NCBI GenBank assembly: GCA_019120545.1
Contig: DWUX01000197.1
Location: 16,767-80,766, forward strand
Source: Candidatus Blautia stercoripullorum
GTDB lineage: Bacteria > Bacillota > Clostridia > Lachnospirales > Lachnospiraceae
DNA length: 64,000 bases
Reading direction: 5' to 3'
The notes beneath the pieces are model-generated. The model did no database searches. It was not told the origin of the DNA and saw nothing but the letters and a program-made list of their open reading frames with translations. Shown piece by piece: positions 1-10,793 of this stretch; positions within the stretch are counted from its first letter, which is position 1; every line of letters starts with the position of its first letter. Position numbers and translations under genes: made by a program.

Positions 1-2109
1 GACAAATCGGAAACTTTTATGCGGGAGCTTGCCGCCCTTCCTAACTGGCTGGGACTGAAGCTTTATGTAGAAAAAGAACTGATCGGCATAGAAAATTGTG
101 AGATCCTGGAGTTTTCCAGAGCGCTGGATATGAAACAGGCGGCTTTGTACTGGCATTATGTCCTGAAAGATAAAAAGGGCAGGAAGACCAGGATCGACGG
201 CAGGAGATTTGTGAGCAGGAACTGCGTTCATCGGATGGGGATCGAGCTGTATGTAACGCCTCTGAATTACGGCGGGATCATCGAGACTGAGAATATCATT
301 GACGGAACGATCATCAATTTCTATGATGCTCCCCGTTTTAAGGTAAAGCATATGACCATCAAAGCCAATGAAAAGCTGGGCGGCTATGGGGCATATATAG
401 AGGCTGCCACCAGGGACCGGAATCTCCATGTGGGGATCGGCTCTGTATTGGAGGCTTTCCGGGGAGAAGAAAAAATCATGAGAAACCGGGATTTCCATGC
501 TTTTGGAGAACAGGCTGTGGAATTCGGAGATTTTACCGCGGAAGAAGGAGAATGTATCCGCCTTGTCAAATATGCTTCTATTTATACAGAGAGAGAATGC
601 CCGGCCTATGGTCTTCATGTGGCGGTGGAAAAGGAAATCCAGGCTTTTGAGGAAGAAGGATTCCAGGAGGAGCTGGAAAAACATGCCGGAGTCTATGAAA
701 AAATGTGGGAAGAGGCAAACCTGAAGATCAAGGGTGATTTTGATCTGGACAGAGCGGTGCGCTTTAATATTTTCCATCTTATGAGCACGGGAAACGAGGA
801 GGATGACAGGATCAGCGTAGGTGCGAAACTCCTTACCGGCGAAGAATACGGGGGCCATGCCTTCTGGGACATTGAACTTTTCATGCTGCCATTCTTTTCC
901 TTTGTATTTCCTAAAATGGCAAAAAATATGGAGAATTATAGGTATCATCTTCTGGACGCCGCAAGAGCTAACGCAAAGAAAAACGGCTATAAAGGAGCGC
1001 AGTATCCCTGGGAATCCGCAGATGACGGGACAGAGCAGTGCCCGGACTGGACTATTGAACCGGACGGCACCTGCTACCGCTGTTATGTGGCTATGTACGA
1101 GCATCATGTGACCGCTGATGTGGCGTATGGGATCTACGACTATGTAAAGATCACAAATGACAGAGATTTCTTGTTTCATGAGGGGGCGGAGATCCTTACA
1201 GAGACAGCCAGATTCTGGGCTGACCGGTGCGAATATATTCCCGAAAGGGATCGGTATGAGATCAATCAGGTGACAGGCCCTGATGAATGGCATGAGCCGG
1301 TGAACAACAATCTCTATACCAATTATTTCGCAAGATGGAATCTCCGTTATGTGATAGCGCTGACCGACCAGATGAAAAAAGAGTATCCGGAAGAATATAA
1401 AAGGCTGACAGAAAAGACAGGGCTGACAGAAAAGGAGATCGAAAATTGGGATCAGGTACAAAAGAAAATTTATCTTCCCAGAAAAGAAGGAACAGATCTT
1501 CTGGAACAGTTTGAAGGCTATTTTGATCTGAAAGATGTAGTGATCGACAAATATGATGAAAATGACTGGCCCATCCGTCCCGAAGCATTAAAGAAATACC
1601 CTGCAAGGGAAACGCAGATCCTGAAACAGCCGGATGTGGTGCTGCTCCTCCATCTTTTAGGAGAAGAATTCGATCAGAAAGTGATCAAAGCCAATTATGA
1701 CTATTACGAAAAAAGAACGCTTCACGGCTCCTCTTTAAGCCCCAGCATCTATTCCGTAATGGGCCTTAAAGTGGGGGATGATTCTAAAGCTTACCGGTAT
1801 CTGCGGAGAGCGGCGTTTATTGATCTTTTAAATCTGCAGAAAAATACCCGAGAGGGAATCCATGCCGCCAATGCAGGAGGGGTATGGCAGACGGTAGTGT
1901 TCGGATTTGCAGGAGTGTCCATTGATTCGGAAGGTGTATTAAATATCTGTCCCCATATGCCGGAAGAATGGGAGGAGCTTTCTTTCCGTCTCCATTATTA
2001 TGGTTCATGGGTAGAGATTACCGTGGATTCAGCGGATCAGGTTTCTGTGAAAAGACTTTCCGGAGAACCTGTAAAAATCAGAATAAAGGGAATTACAGAA
2101 GAAATTTAG
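1..2109 (+). CDS. Glycoside hydrolase family 65 disaccharide phosphorylase (kojibiose/maltose phosphorylase-like); N-terminus probably begins upstream of the window
   Basis: ORF 19..2109 (696 aa), with the frame open to the window edge. GH65 motifs YGGHAFWD, YPWES, GPDEWHE (catalytic Glu), KQPDV and HGSSLS. beta-PGM lies downstream. Confidence 0.9.
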   Translation, partial: DKSETFMRELAALPNWLGLKLYVEKELIGIENCEILEFSRALDMKQAALYWHYVLKDKKGRKTRIDGRRFVSRNCVHRMGIELYVTPLNYGGIIETENIIDGTIINFYDAPRFKVKHMTIKANEKLGGYGAYIEAATRDRNLHVGIGSVLEAFRGEEKIMRNRDFHAFGEQAVEFGDFTAEEGECIRLVKYASIYTERECPAYGLHVAVEKEIQAFEEEGFQEELEKHAGVYEKMWEEANLKIKGDFDLDRAVRFNIFHLMSTGNEEDDRISVGAKLLTGEEYGGHAFWDIELFMLPFFSFVFPKMAKNMENYRYHLLDAARANAKKNGYKGAQYPWESADDGTEQCPDWTIEPDGTCYRCYVAMYEHHVTADVAYGIYDYVKITNDRDFLFHEGAEILTETARFWADRCEYIPERDRYEINQVTGPDEWHEPVNNNLYTNYFARWNLRYVIALTDQMKKEYPEEYKRLTEKTGLTEKEIENWDQVQKKIYLPRKEGTDLLEQFEGYFDLKDVVIDKYDENDWPIRPEALKKYPARETQILKQPDVVLLLHLLGEEFDQKVIKANYDYYEKRTLHGSSLSPSIYSVMGLKVGDDSKAYRYLRRAAFIDLLNLQKNTREGIHAANAGGVWQTVVFGFAGVSIDSEGVLNICPHMPEEWEELSFRLHYYGSWVEITVDSADQVSVKRLSGEPVKIRIKGITEEI

Positions 2110-2125
2110 ACAGGAGGATAGATAC

Positions 2126-2992
2126 ATGAGAAAGTGGATGGCTATAGGAGGGCTGGTACTGGTAACGATCATATGGGGAGGAGGCTTTACTGCCAGTGAC
2201 ATTGCCCTGGAAAGCATGACTCCTTTTCAGATTATGACAGTCCGGTTTTTCCTGGCCGCCATTCTGATGGGGCTGATCAGTATCCGGTCTTTGAAAGGAA
2301 TGAAAAAGGAAGAAATCAGAGCTGGTATATTGATGGGAATTGCTTTGTTTGCCGCTTTCGCTCTTCAGATTGTAGGACTGCAGTATACGACCCCGTCAAA
2401 AAATGCCTTTTTAACGGCGTTAAATGTAGTGATCGTGCCATTTATTGCGTTTTTGATACTGAAGAAAAAAATCAGCCCAAAAGGAATACTGGGTGCGGTA
2501 ATGTCTGTGATCGGAGTGGCGCTGCTGTCTCTGAAAGGAGACTTTTCCCTTGGACTGGGAGATGGGCTGACCCTTTTATGTGCTGTAGGATTTGCATTTC
2601 AGATCTTTTTTACCAGTGAATTTGTTAAAAAATACAGAGCGGAGGTTCTAAATTTTGTGCAGATGGCAACTTCCTTTATCCTTTCTTTGATCAGTCTGTT
2701 TATTTTTCAGGAAACAGAATTCCAGGTGACAGGAGAAGGATGGCTGGGAGTGCTCTATCTGGGGGTTGTGAGCACAACCATCTGCTATCTGATTCAGACA
2801 CTGTGTCAGAAATATGTGGATGAGACAAAGGCGGCGATTATTTTGTCTATGGAATCTGTTTTCGGAACTTTATTTTCCGTTATCATACTTCATGAGATCC
2901 TTACACCTCGTATGATAGCAGGAAGTTTGATCATTCTGGCGGCAGTGGTCATCTCAAATCTGGCAGAGACGGCACAGCCTCAGAAAGTATAG
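2126..2992 (+). CDS. DMT/EamA family transporter
   Basis: 288 aa with about 10 hydrophobic helices in two EamA repeats (IIWGGGF..., GLQYTTPSKNAFLT, ESVFGTLFS). RBS GGAGG upstream. Confidence 0.9.
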   Translation: MRKWMAIGGLVLVTIIWGGGFTASDIALESMTPFQIMTVRFFLAAILMGLISIRSLKGMKKEEIRAGILMGIALFAAFALQIVGLQYTTPSKNAFLTALNVVIVPFIAFLILKKKISPKGILGAVMSVIGVALLSLKGDFSLGLGDGLTLLCAVGFAFQIFFTSEFVKKYRAEVLNFVQMATSFILSLISLFIFQETEFQVTGEGWLGVLYLGVVSTTICYLIQTLCQKYVDETKAAIILSMESVFGTLFSVIILHEILTPRMIAGSLIILAAVVISNLAETAQPQKV

Positions 2993-3005
2993 GAGGAATG
3001 GATAT

Positions 3006-3644
3006 ATGAAATACAGAGCGGTGATTTTTGATCTGGACGGGGTGATCTGTTTTACAGACAAATACCATTATCAGGCTTGGAAAAGTGTAGCGGATGAATT
3101 AGGGATTTATTTCGATGAGAAGATTAATGACCGCCTGAGAGGCGTGAGCAGAAAAGCAAGTTTTGAGATTATTTTGGAAAATTATGACGGGACTATGGGG
3201 GAAGAAGAAAAGGAAAGATGGACGGATAAGAAAAATGAAATTTATAAAAATCTTTTAAAAAATATGAGCCCGGAAGATTTATCCAAAGAAGTAAAGGACA
3301 CTTTAGATCAGTTAAGGGAAAGAGGTCTTTCGCTGGCGATCGGATCTTCAAGTAAAAACGCAGGATTTATTCTCCATCAGCTGGGACTTGGAGAATATTT
3401 TGACGCAGTATCAGACGGAAATCTTATTTCAAAATCTAAACCGGACCCGGAGGTCTTTATAAAAGCGGCGGAACTTCTGGGGGAAAATCCAGAAGACTGT
3501 CTGGTGGTGGAAGATGCGAAAGCCGGAGTACAGGCGGCAAAGGCCGGGGGGATGGACTGCGCAGCCCTTGGAGACGGAGCAAAGAGCGGTCTGGCGGACT
3601 ATAATATGGCAAAGTTTTCTGATCTATCAGAAATAGTGAAATGA
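3006..3644 (+). CDS. pgmB: Beta-phosphoglucomutase (HAD family)
   Basis: HAD motifs DLDGV, SSSKNA, KPDPEVF and VEDA. Adjacent to a GH65 phosphorylase, which produces beta-G1P. Confidence 0.9.
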   Translation: MKYRAVIFDLDGVICFTDKYHYQAWKSVADELGIYFDEKINDRLRGVSRKASFEIILENYDGTMGEEEKERWTDKKNEIYKNLLKNMSPEDLSKEVKDTLDQLRERGLSLAIGSSSKNAGFILHQLGLGEYFDAVSDGNLISKSKPDPEVFIKAAELLGENPEDCLVVEDAKAGVQAAKAGGMDCAALGDGAKSGLADYNMAKFSDLSEIVK

Positions 3645-4696
3645 CAAAGTATTTTACAGAAAGAATGAGAAAAATGGATAATAAGTTTTTATTGAGTTTA
3701 CTGAACAGTGTTTCTGTGTCCGGATATGAAGAAATTCTCCAGCAGAAGGTAGAAGCGGAAATGAGGCCCTGGGCGGATGAAATCAGGAAAGATGAGATGA
3801 ACAATCTGATCTGCATAGTGAACCCGGAGAGTGAGACCAGGATCATGCTTTCTGCCCATGCAGATGAAATCGGACTGATGGTGTCAAATATTACAGAAGA
3901 AGGAAGGCTCCAGGTCATTGACAGGGGAGGAATCGTTCCTCATACATATCCAGGACAGCAGATCTGCATCCAGACAGCTAAAGGGCTGATCTATGGAGTT
4001 GTGGAAGCCCACCGTCAGCTGTTCAGCAAAAATGATCTGGGAACCAGAGATTTTTTGATCGATATTGGAGCAAAAGATAAAAAGGATGCAGAAGCTATTG
4101 TATCTCTGGGGGATCCTATTGTGCCTGATACCCATATCCGGGAAATGGCTAATGGCCGTTTTACGGCGAGAGCTCTGGATGACCGCATAGGGGTATACAT
4201 TATCATGGAGGCTTTGAAATATGCTAAAAAACTGGGGTGTAAAGCAGGGATATATGCGGCCTCAACAGTAGGAGAAGAAACTACAAAAAACGGAGCATAT
4301 TGGTGCAGTGCCAGGATCTGCCCGGATCTGGCTGTAGTGGTAGATGTTACTTATACAAGCGACTGCCTTGGCATGGATCCTGCCGAAGCAGGAACGGTGC
4401 TTTTGGGAAAAGGGCCGGTGCTGTGCAACAGTCCTATTGTTTCCAAAAGACTTAACGATCAGATGCAGAAATGCGGGGAAAAGAATGGTATTCCTTTGCA
4501 GCGGGAAGCTGCCAGCAGACTTAGTTATACAGATGCAGATAAAATACATTTCTCAAATAACGGGGTTCCGGTCGTTCTTGTTTCAGTGCCGCTTCGTTAT
4601 ATGCATATGCCTTCAGAAGTGGCAGATGAACAGGATGTTAAAAACTGCATTGAGCTGATCGGAAGATTTCTGGCAGAATATCAGAAAGAAAAATAA
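3641..4696 (+). CDS. M42 family metallopeptidase (start could be 3665 or 3674)
   Basis: Metal ligand motifs HADEIG, ALDDRIG, GEE, VDVT and RYMH. ATG overlaps the pgmB stop (ATGA). Confidence 0.88.
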   Translation: MTKYFTERMRKMDNKFLLSLLNSVSVSGYEEILQQKVEAEMRPWADEIRKDEMNNLICIVNPESETRIMLSAHADEIGLMVSNITEEGRLQVIDRGGIVPHTYPGQQICIQTAKGLIYGVVEAHRQLFSKNDLGTRDFLIDIGAKDKKDAEAIVSLGDPIVPDTHIREMANGRFTARALDDRIGVYIIMEALKYAKKLGCKAGIYAASTVGEETTKNGAYWCSARICPDLAVVVDVTYTSDCLGMDPAEAGTVLLGKGPVLCNSPIVSKRLNDQMQKCGEKNGIPLQREAASRLSYTDADKIHFSNNGVPVVLVSVPLRYMHMPSEVADEQDVKNCIELIGRFLAEYQKEK

Positions 4697-4777
4697 GGAT
4701 AAAAATGGAAATTCTCTGTAATGTGGGCTGTTGCGGCTGCTATCCAGATATGCTAAAATAGCAAAGTAAACAATTAA

Positions 4778-5794
<1,017 letters not shown>

Positions 5795-5800
5795 ATAGAT

Positions 5801-5860
5801 AAAAAACGGGTTCTGAAGTGGGAGAAGAGCATGCTTTTCTCGGTTTAGAATCCGTTTTTT
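5801..5860 (+). terminator. Probable intrinsic terminator after the LacI gene
   Basis: AAAAAACGGGTTCTGAA...TTAGAATCCGTTTTTT inverted repeat with an internal GAGAAGAG/CTTTTCTC hairpin. Confidence 0.7.
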
Positions 5861-6135
5861 ACTATATAAAAGACCAGACTTACCAATGCTGTTTTTAAAA
5901 TAAATAATACTCAAAATAATAGAAAAGAGTAATAAGCAATATAAAATATATTTATGTCCATTGTTGTGAAATCATTTTTTCATTATAATACTAAATAAAA
6001 AGAACAATCAACGGAGGTTTATTATTATACTAATAAGAAATAATCAACGCAAGGGAAATATCCAAAGGCTATAATAAACCGGCAGTGAACGTTTTGGCAG
6101 CAGGATCTGTCTGAGTACAAGGAGGAGGTATCAGT

Positions 6136-6738
6136 ATGAAATATCGGTATATTACGATTGAAAGAGAATATGGAAGCGGAGGAACCAAGATCGGCCGAGA
6201 ACTGTCAAAGGCCTGCAATATTCCCTGCTATGGGCATGAAATTCTTGAAACAGTGGCCAAAAAAAGAGGAATTCCGGCAGAGCGTATCAATCAATATGAA
6301 GAAAAAGCAACAGGAAGCCTTTTGTATTCTTTGTTCGTTATGAGCCGGGTTCAGTCAGGAGATGCCAATATGCTGCCGGAAGAAGGAAAGGTCTTTTTAG
6401 ATGAACAGCTGGAGATCCGGCGTCTTGCCATGGAAGGACCGAGTATTTTCTTGGGACATTGCGCTGCCTTTGCTCTGAAAAATCAGAAAGGGGTGGTAAA
6501 GGTGTTTATCCACTCCAGTGACGAAGCAGAAGTCAGGAAACGTATCATAGAAGAATATAAAATTCCTGAAAATGATGTAGAATCTACACGGAAATATTAT
6601 AATAAAAAACGATCAGGGTATTTTAAGGCGAATACTGGAAAAGATTGGAATGATCTGAGAAATTATGATGTAGTCCTTGATTCCGCTACATTGGGCATCG
6701 AGGGCTGCGTAAAAGCTCTGAAAGGGCTTTTGGAGTGA
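6136..6738 (+). CDS. Cytidylate kinase-like family protein
   Basis: ITIEREYGSGG N-terminal motif, GHCA, and YDVVLDS C-terminal motif. RBS GGAGG upstream. Confidence 0.8.
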   Translation: MKYRYITIEREYGSGGTKIGRELSKACNIPCYGHEILETVAKKRGIPAERINQYEEKATGSLLYSLFVMSRVQSGDANMLPEEGKVFLDEQLEIRRLAMEGPSIFLGHCAAFALKNQKGVVKVFIHSSDEAEVRKRIIEEYKIPENDVESTRKYYNKKRSGYFKANTGKDWNDLRNYDVVLDSATLGIEGCVKALKGLLE

Positions 6739-6764
6739 AATTTTTAAATGAATATGAGCGCTAA

Positions 6765-6802
6765 AGAGAGCAGTAAGTCTTTGCAGACTTACTGCTCTCT
6801 TT
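6765..6802 (+). terminator. Intrinsic terminator
   Basis: Perfect 16-bp stem AGAGAGCAGTAAGTCT-TTGC-AGACTTACTGCTCTCT followed by TT. Confidence 0.8.
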
Positions 6803-6990
6803 GTGTATGGCAAAAAAAGTATTGATAAAAGTGCACAAAAACCCTTATATGAAATTGTGCAAATCATAAAAATAAATAAAACGAACATATTTATTATGAA
6901 TTAATGATACAGTACAGGCAGAATAACAGAATGCTTCGCTGTAAGATAAATAGTACCCGGGAATATAAACAGGGCGAAGAGCTGGAATTA

Positions 6991-7512
6991 ATGAAGAATG
7001 GTGAAAAGATTATGCCCGTGGCTTCAGAAACTGTCTCTTTTGACAGTGCTATTGCCATTATACTTGCCGGCATGGCCCTTGCGGTTTTTCCTGTAGCCTC
7101 CAGAAATGCAGGCGATAGAGCAGGATCTGTGCTTCTGGTTTTGCTGCTTTTCGCGGCAGGATGGATTTTACTCTCCTCATTTATGAAAGATAGAAAACGC
7201 CATTTGATAGAAATAGAAGGAAAAATCACAGATGTTCTGTATTATAGAAGAGGAGAAAACAAAAAATTAATAAAAGCTTCAGAATCCTATTATCCCCTGA
7301 TCCGATATAAGCTTCATGACAAAGAAAAAACTTTTATAAGCAGTTATAATTCCAGCCTTAAAACTGCTTATAAAACAGGAAGGACAGTAAAACTGTATTA
7401 TGATGAAAAGACAAAAAGCCTTGCAGAGAAAAAAGCCAGTCCCCTGCTGGCATTGTCTGCAGTCATACTATGGTGTATCGCGGCGGTTGGGATCGTCAGT
7501 ATCCTGGGATAA
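6991..7512 (+). CDS. Membrane protein, DUF3592-like (start uncertain, ORF open from 6904)
   Basis: Two N-terminal TM helices, a soluble beta-rich part (YYPLIRY...YKTGRTVKLYYD) and a C-terminal TM helix. Confidence 0.55.
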   Translation: MKNGEKIMPVASETVSFDSAIAIILAGMALAVFPVASRNAGDRAGSVLLVLLLFAAGWILLSSFMKDRKRHLIEIEGKITDVLYYRRGENKKLIKASESYYPLIRYKLHDKEKTFISSYNSSLKTAYKTGRTVKLYYDEKTKSLAEKKASPLLALSAVILWCIAAVGIVSILG

Positions 7513-7632
7513 AACAAACTTGTTGCAAGACAGAAGGAAAAAGGAACCGGATAGGTCTTATGTTGACACCTGTACTTCGAAATGGTAAAGTTATTGAAAA
7601 TGAAACAAAAGTTTGCTGGGAGGTATGGAAAC

Positions 7633-8580
7633 ATGGATACGAGAATATCCGGAAAAACAAGACTGCTGGGGGTATTCGGAACACCGATCACACATTCCGG
7701 CTCGCCGGTAATGTATAATTTTTCTTTTGACTACTATGGCATAGACGGTGTCTATCTGGCTTTTGACTGCAGGGAATCTGAGATGAAAGATTCTCTGGCT
7801 GCCATGCGCCGGCTGAATATGTGGGGAGCAAATGTCACTATGCCCTGCAAACAGGAAGCTGCCCGGAATATGGACAGACTGTCCCCTGCCGCAAAGTTTA
7901 TAGGAGCGGTTAATACGATCGTAAATGACGGAGGCATACTCACTGGTCATAATACAGATGGTATGGGGGTAGTGCTGGATCTGAAGGATCATGGGAAATC
8001 CGTACAAGATCAGAAAATAGTCCTTCTGGGAGCCGGAGGAGCAGCTACAGCCATTATGGTACAGTGCGCCCTGGACGGGGCAAAGTCTGTGACAGTATTT
8101 AATAGGGGCGCATCAGCCCTTGAAAAGGCAGAGAAGATTGGAAAGAAGATGAAGAAAGAAGGAGTTTCCTGCATGTTAGATTACTGCCTTCTTTCTGAAG
8201 AAGAATTGCTGACAGAGACTATCCGGCAGGGGGACATTCTGATCAATGCAACCTCAGTGGGAATGGCTCCTATGAGCGAAGGCCAGTCTCTGATAACAGA
8301 TATGAAGGCTTTTCATGAAGAGCTTGTAGTTTACGATGTGATCTATAATCCTGAAGTTACGAAACTTATGAAAGATGCAGCGGAGAACGGCTGCAGGAAG
8401 GAAAATATTATTGGAGGAAAGGGAATGCTGCTCTGGCAGGGAGCCTGTGCCTTTCGGCTTTATACCGGACTTGAGATGCCGGTTCGGGAACTGAAAGAGT
8501 TTCTTGCAAAGCGGGAGAAAGAAGGTACTCCTGTTCTGCAGGATATTGTTCATGAACAGAAAGAATATCACGAAGAATAA
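7633..8580 (+). CDS. aroE: Shikimate/quinate dehydrogenase (AroE/YdiB-like)
   Basis: Motifs HSGSP, GANVTMPCK, GAVNT, NTDG, GAGGAA, NATSVGM and MLLWQGA. GGAGG RBS before ATG 7633. Confidence 0.9.
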   Translation: MDTRISGKTRLLGVFGTPITHSGSPVMYNFSFDYYGIDGVYLAFDCRESEMKDSLAAMRRLNMWGANVTMPCKQEAARNMDRLSPAAKFIGAVNTIVNDGGILTGHNTDGMGVVLDLKDHGKSVQDQKIVLLGAGGAATAIMVQCALDGAKSVTVFNRGASALEKAEKIGKKMKKEGVSCMLDYCLLSEEELLTETIRQGDILINATSVGMAPMSEGQSLITDMKAFHEELVVYDVIYNPEVTKLMKDAAENGCRKENIIGGKGMLLWQGACAFRLYTGLEMPVRELKEFLAKREKEGTPVLQDIVHEQKEYHEE

Positions 8581-8725
8581 ATTTTGCAGTGTATAACCTG
8601 GCAAGAAATAATCAGTTTGATTATTCAAAGGCAGAAAGGGAGCTGGGATACCATACCAGACCTTATGAAGAGACATTGAAAGACGAGGACCGGTGGCTGG
8701 TAAAAGAAGGCTATATTGAGCATGG
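8580..8725 (+). pseudogene. 3' remnant of an NAD-dependent epimerase/3-beta-HSD-like gene
   Basis: The frame reads NFAVYNLARNNQFDYSKAERELGYHTRPYEETLKDEDRWL, a typical extended-SDR C-terminus. No N-terminal Rossmann fold, and a stop lies upstream at 8553. Confidence 0.65.
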
Positions 8726-8898
8726 GAAAGATAGAAAAACGTCAGTATCGAAACATGGCGTACAAACTGCGTGATCATTTGAAGAAGAACAAACCTCTGA
8801 ATTTTTCGGCGCCTGTTCCGGCTGAAAACAGGCGCTGTCCCATTAGGCAAAATCAGGAATATATCTATATACTAATGGGACAGCGTCTAATTTGTTCT

Positions 8899-9670
8899 TT
8901 ACTTATCGTACACCCCATATTCGCATCCTACGTTCTCTTGCCGTTTCCGGCCGTCAGGGGATTCATAATTGATCCAGAGCATTTCATCTTTAGGACAGGA
9001 AATCTGTACCGCCATTCTGGCTCGGAAAGTGGTCTGGATAACTTTCCAGATGATCTGATCTTTTGTTTCCCGGCAGTCAAAAAAGGTGCGGCTGCCAGTC
9101 CAGAATTTGCTGAAATTAAATTCATAATTTTTTCCTTCATAGTAGAACTGTCCCGGTTTTTGTCTGCATAACCATAGCAAGTTTCCGGACGGACACGGTA
9201 TTGTTCTCCGTTCAGCCGGATCCCCCCTCATAAGCTGTCTTCATGCCCTCCGTATGCCAGAACATTTCAAAGGCGTTAAGGATCCGGAAGAATTTAGAAG
9301 CGCCATAGCCTACGTTATAGGCAACCTGTTTGTGAATCTTGATATCCCATTCCATCTCTCCGGCATCCCACATCCATTCGGGGTGAGCTGCGGCATCAGA
9401 GGGAGTGACCAGGATACGGCCTTTCATATGAGTTTCCGTACAGCTGCAGTCTCCGGCTTTCAGATTCAGGGGATGATTATCAGGAATGGATACCTCTTTC
9501 CATGGAAAAAACCGGTGAAGCTGTCCTTTGGACTTGCCCCAGAAACCGGCATTGATCATACAGTAAGAAGGGCGTCTGCCTTCACGCTGTGCGCCAGGAT
9601 CATTCCAGACAATCACCGGTTCGTCCTGGGCCAGCGCAGGATTACAAAGAAGGAACAGGTATTTCCCGCG
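8899..9670 (-). pseudogene. Fragmented hypothetical gene (tocopherol-cyclase-like clostridial family, tentative)
   Basis: Coding-like segments in different frames (LCNPAL...WHTEGMKTAYEG / IRLNGEQYRVRPETCYGYADKN / GQFYYEGKNYEFNFSKFW...INYESPDG). A frameshift occurs in a G-run near 9223-9228, and there is no valid 5' start. Confidence 0.6.
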
Positions 9671-9710
9671 TAAATATTTGTAATGCCGGATTTAGTGGAC
9701 TCTGTAACGT

Positions 9711-10592
9711 TTATCTGTTTTCAAAATTCTTTTTTAATTCCTCCAGCAGCAGCCCGGCTGCTGGTGTGAATACCTGGTATTTTTTCCAGATAATATACAT
9801 GGGAGATTCCAGGGACGGTTCCAGAGGCCGGAAGCAGAGGTCGCTGTCAGGCCCTGTATTTACAAGTTTGTCAAACCCCAGTACATACCCGAAGTTCTCC
9901 CGGACCATAACGGAAGTGTTAAAAAGCAGGTCATAGGTGGCTATGATGTCCAGCTTGTCCTGTATCTCTCCGAACCATTTGGGCATAGTATCTTTCATGG
10001 ACTGGCGGGAAAGGATCAGAGGAATTCCCAGGAGTTCCTCTTTTCGTATACAAGAATGCCAGGCAAGGGGAGCGTCTTTTCTCATGATCAGTCCCCACTG
10101 GTTAGAAAAAGGAATCCGCAGATAGTGATATCTGGAGGGATCCGCTTCCTGTACGATAATAGCCAGATCTAAAAGGCCCTTATCCAGTTTTTCATATACG
10201 GCCTCTGTTCCGCTGCTGTAAAAATGATACCGGATCCCCGGGTACTGCTGATGGAGTTTTTTGGCAACCCGGACAAAATGCTGGATCCCTTCAGATTCAG
10301 CACATCCGATATGGATATCTCCGCTGTTGACCTCATCCAGAGCCTTAAACTCTTCGGTGGTTTTATCTACCATTTCTAAAATTTCTTCCGCTCTTTTCCG
10401 AAGCAGTATTCCTTCCTCTGTCAGCTTTATACTGTAATTACTCCGGACAAAAAGTTTCCTGCCAAGCTCTTCCTCCAGATCTTTTAATTGCCGGGACAGA
10501 GTAGGCTGGGATACATGGAGAGAACGGGCTGCCCGGGTAATATTACTTTCTCTGGCTGCCGCCAGAAAATATCGTAAAACTCGTAATTCCAT
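9711..10592 (-). CDS. LysR family transcriptional regulator
   Basis: LysR HTH MELRVLRYFLAAARESNITRAARSLHVSQPTLSRQLKDLE; 293 aa. Confidence 0.95.
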   Translation of the reverse strand: MELRVLRYFLAAARESNITRAARSLHVSQPTLSRQLKDLEEELGRKLFVRSNYSIKLTEEGILLRKRAEEILEMVDKTTEEFKALDEVNSGDIHIGCAESEGIQHFVRVAKKLHQQYPGIRYHFYSSGTEAVYEKLDKGLLDLAIIVQEADPSRYHYLRIPFSNQWGLIMRKDAPLAWHSCIRKEELLGIPLILSRQSMKDTMPKWFGEIQDKLDIIATYDLLFNTSVMVRENFGYVLGFDKLVNTGPDSDLCFRPLEPSLESPMYIIWKKYQVFTPAAGLLLEELKKNFENR

Positions 10593-10793
10593 AAGATGTC
10601 CTCCTGATAAGAGGGGATAGGATAGATTGTCCCCTGTATAAAACTTTTCATATACCTAAGCTCAGTATAGGTTCAGTATATCATGTTCAGATATTTAAAA
10701 AAAGAATTTCTACAAATAACTTTTCGATATTTTACATTTCTGAATACCGCCAATATAATGAAGATATAGTAAAATCCAGAAAGGAAAGAGAAC

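Noticed and set aside
6045-6125. Possible c-di-GMP or other riboswitch before the cytidylate-kinase-like gene
   Set aside because: Only scattered short matches (ACGCAA, GGGAAA). The conserved two-stem architecture could not be built.
8716-9171. 151-aa plus-strand ORF and 139-aa ORF 9254-9673
   Set aside because: Mostly antisense to the fragmented minus-strand pseudogene, with no recognisable product.
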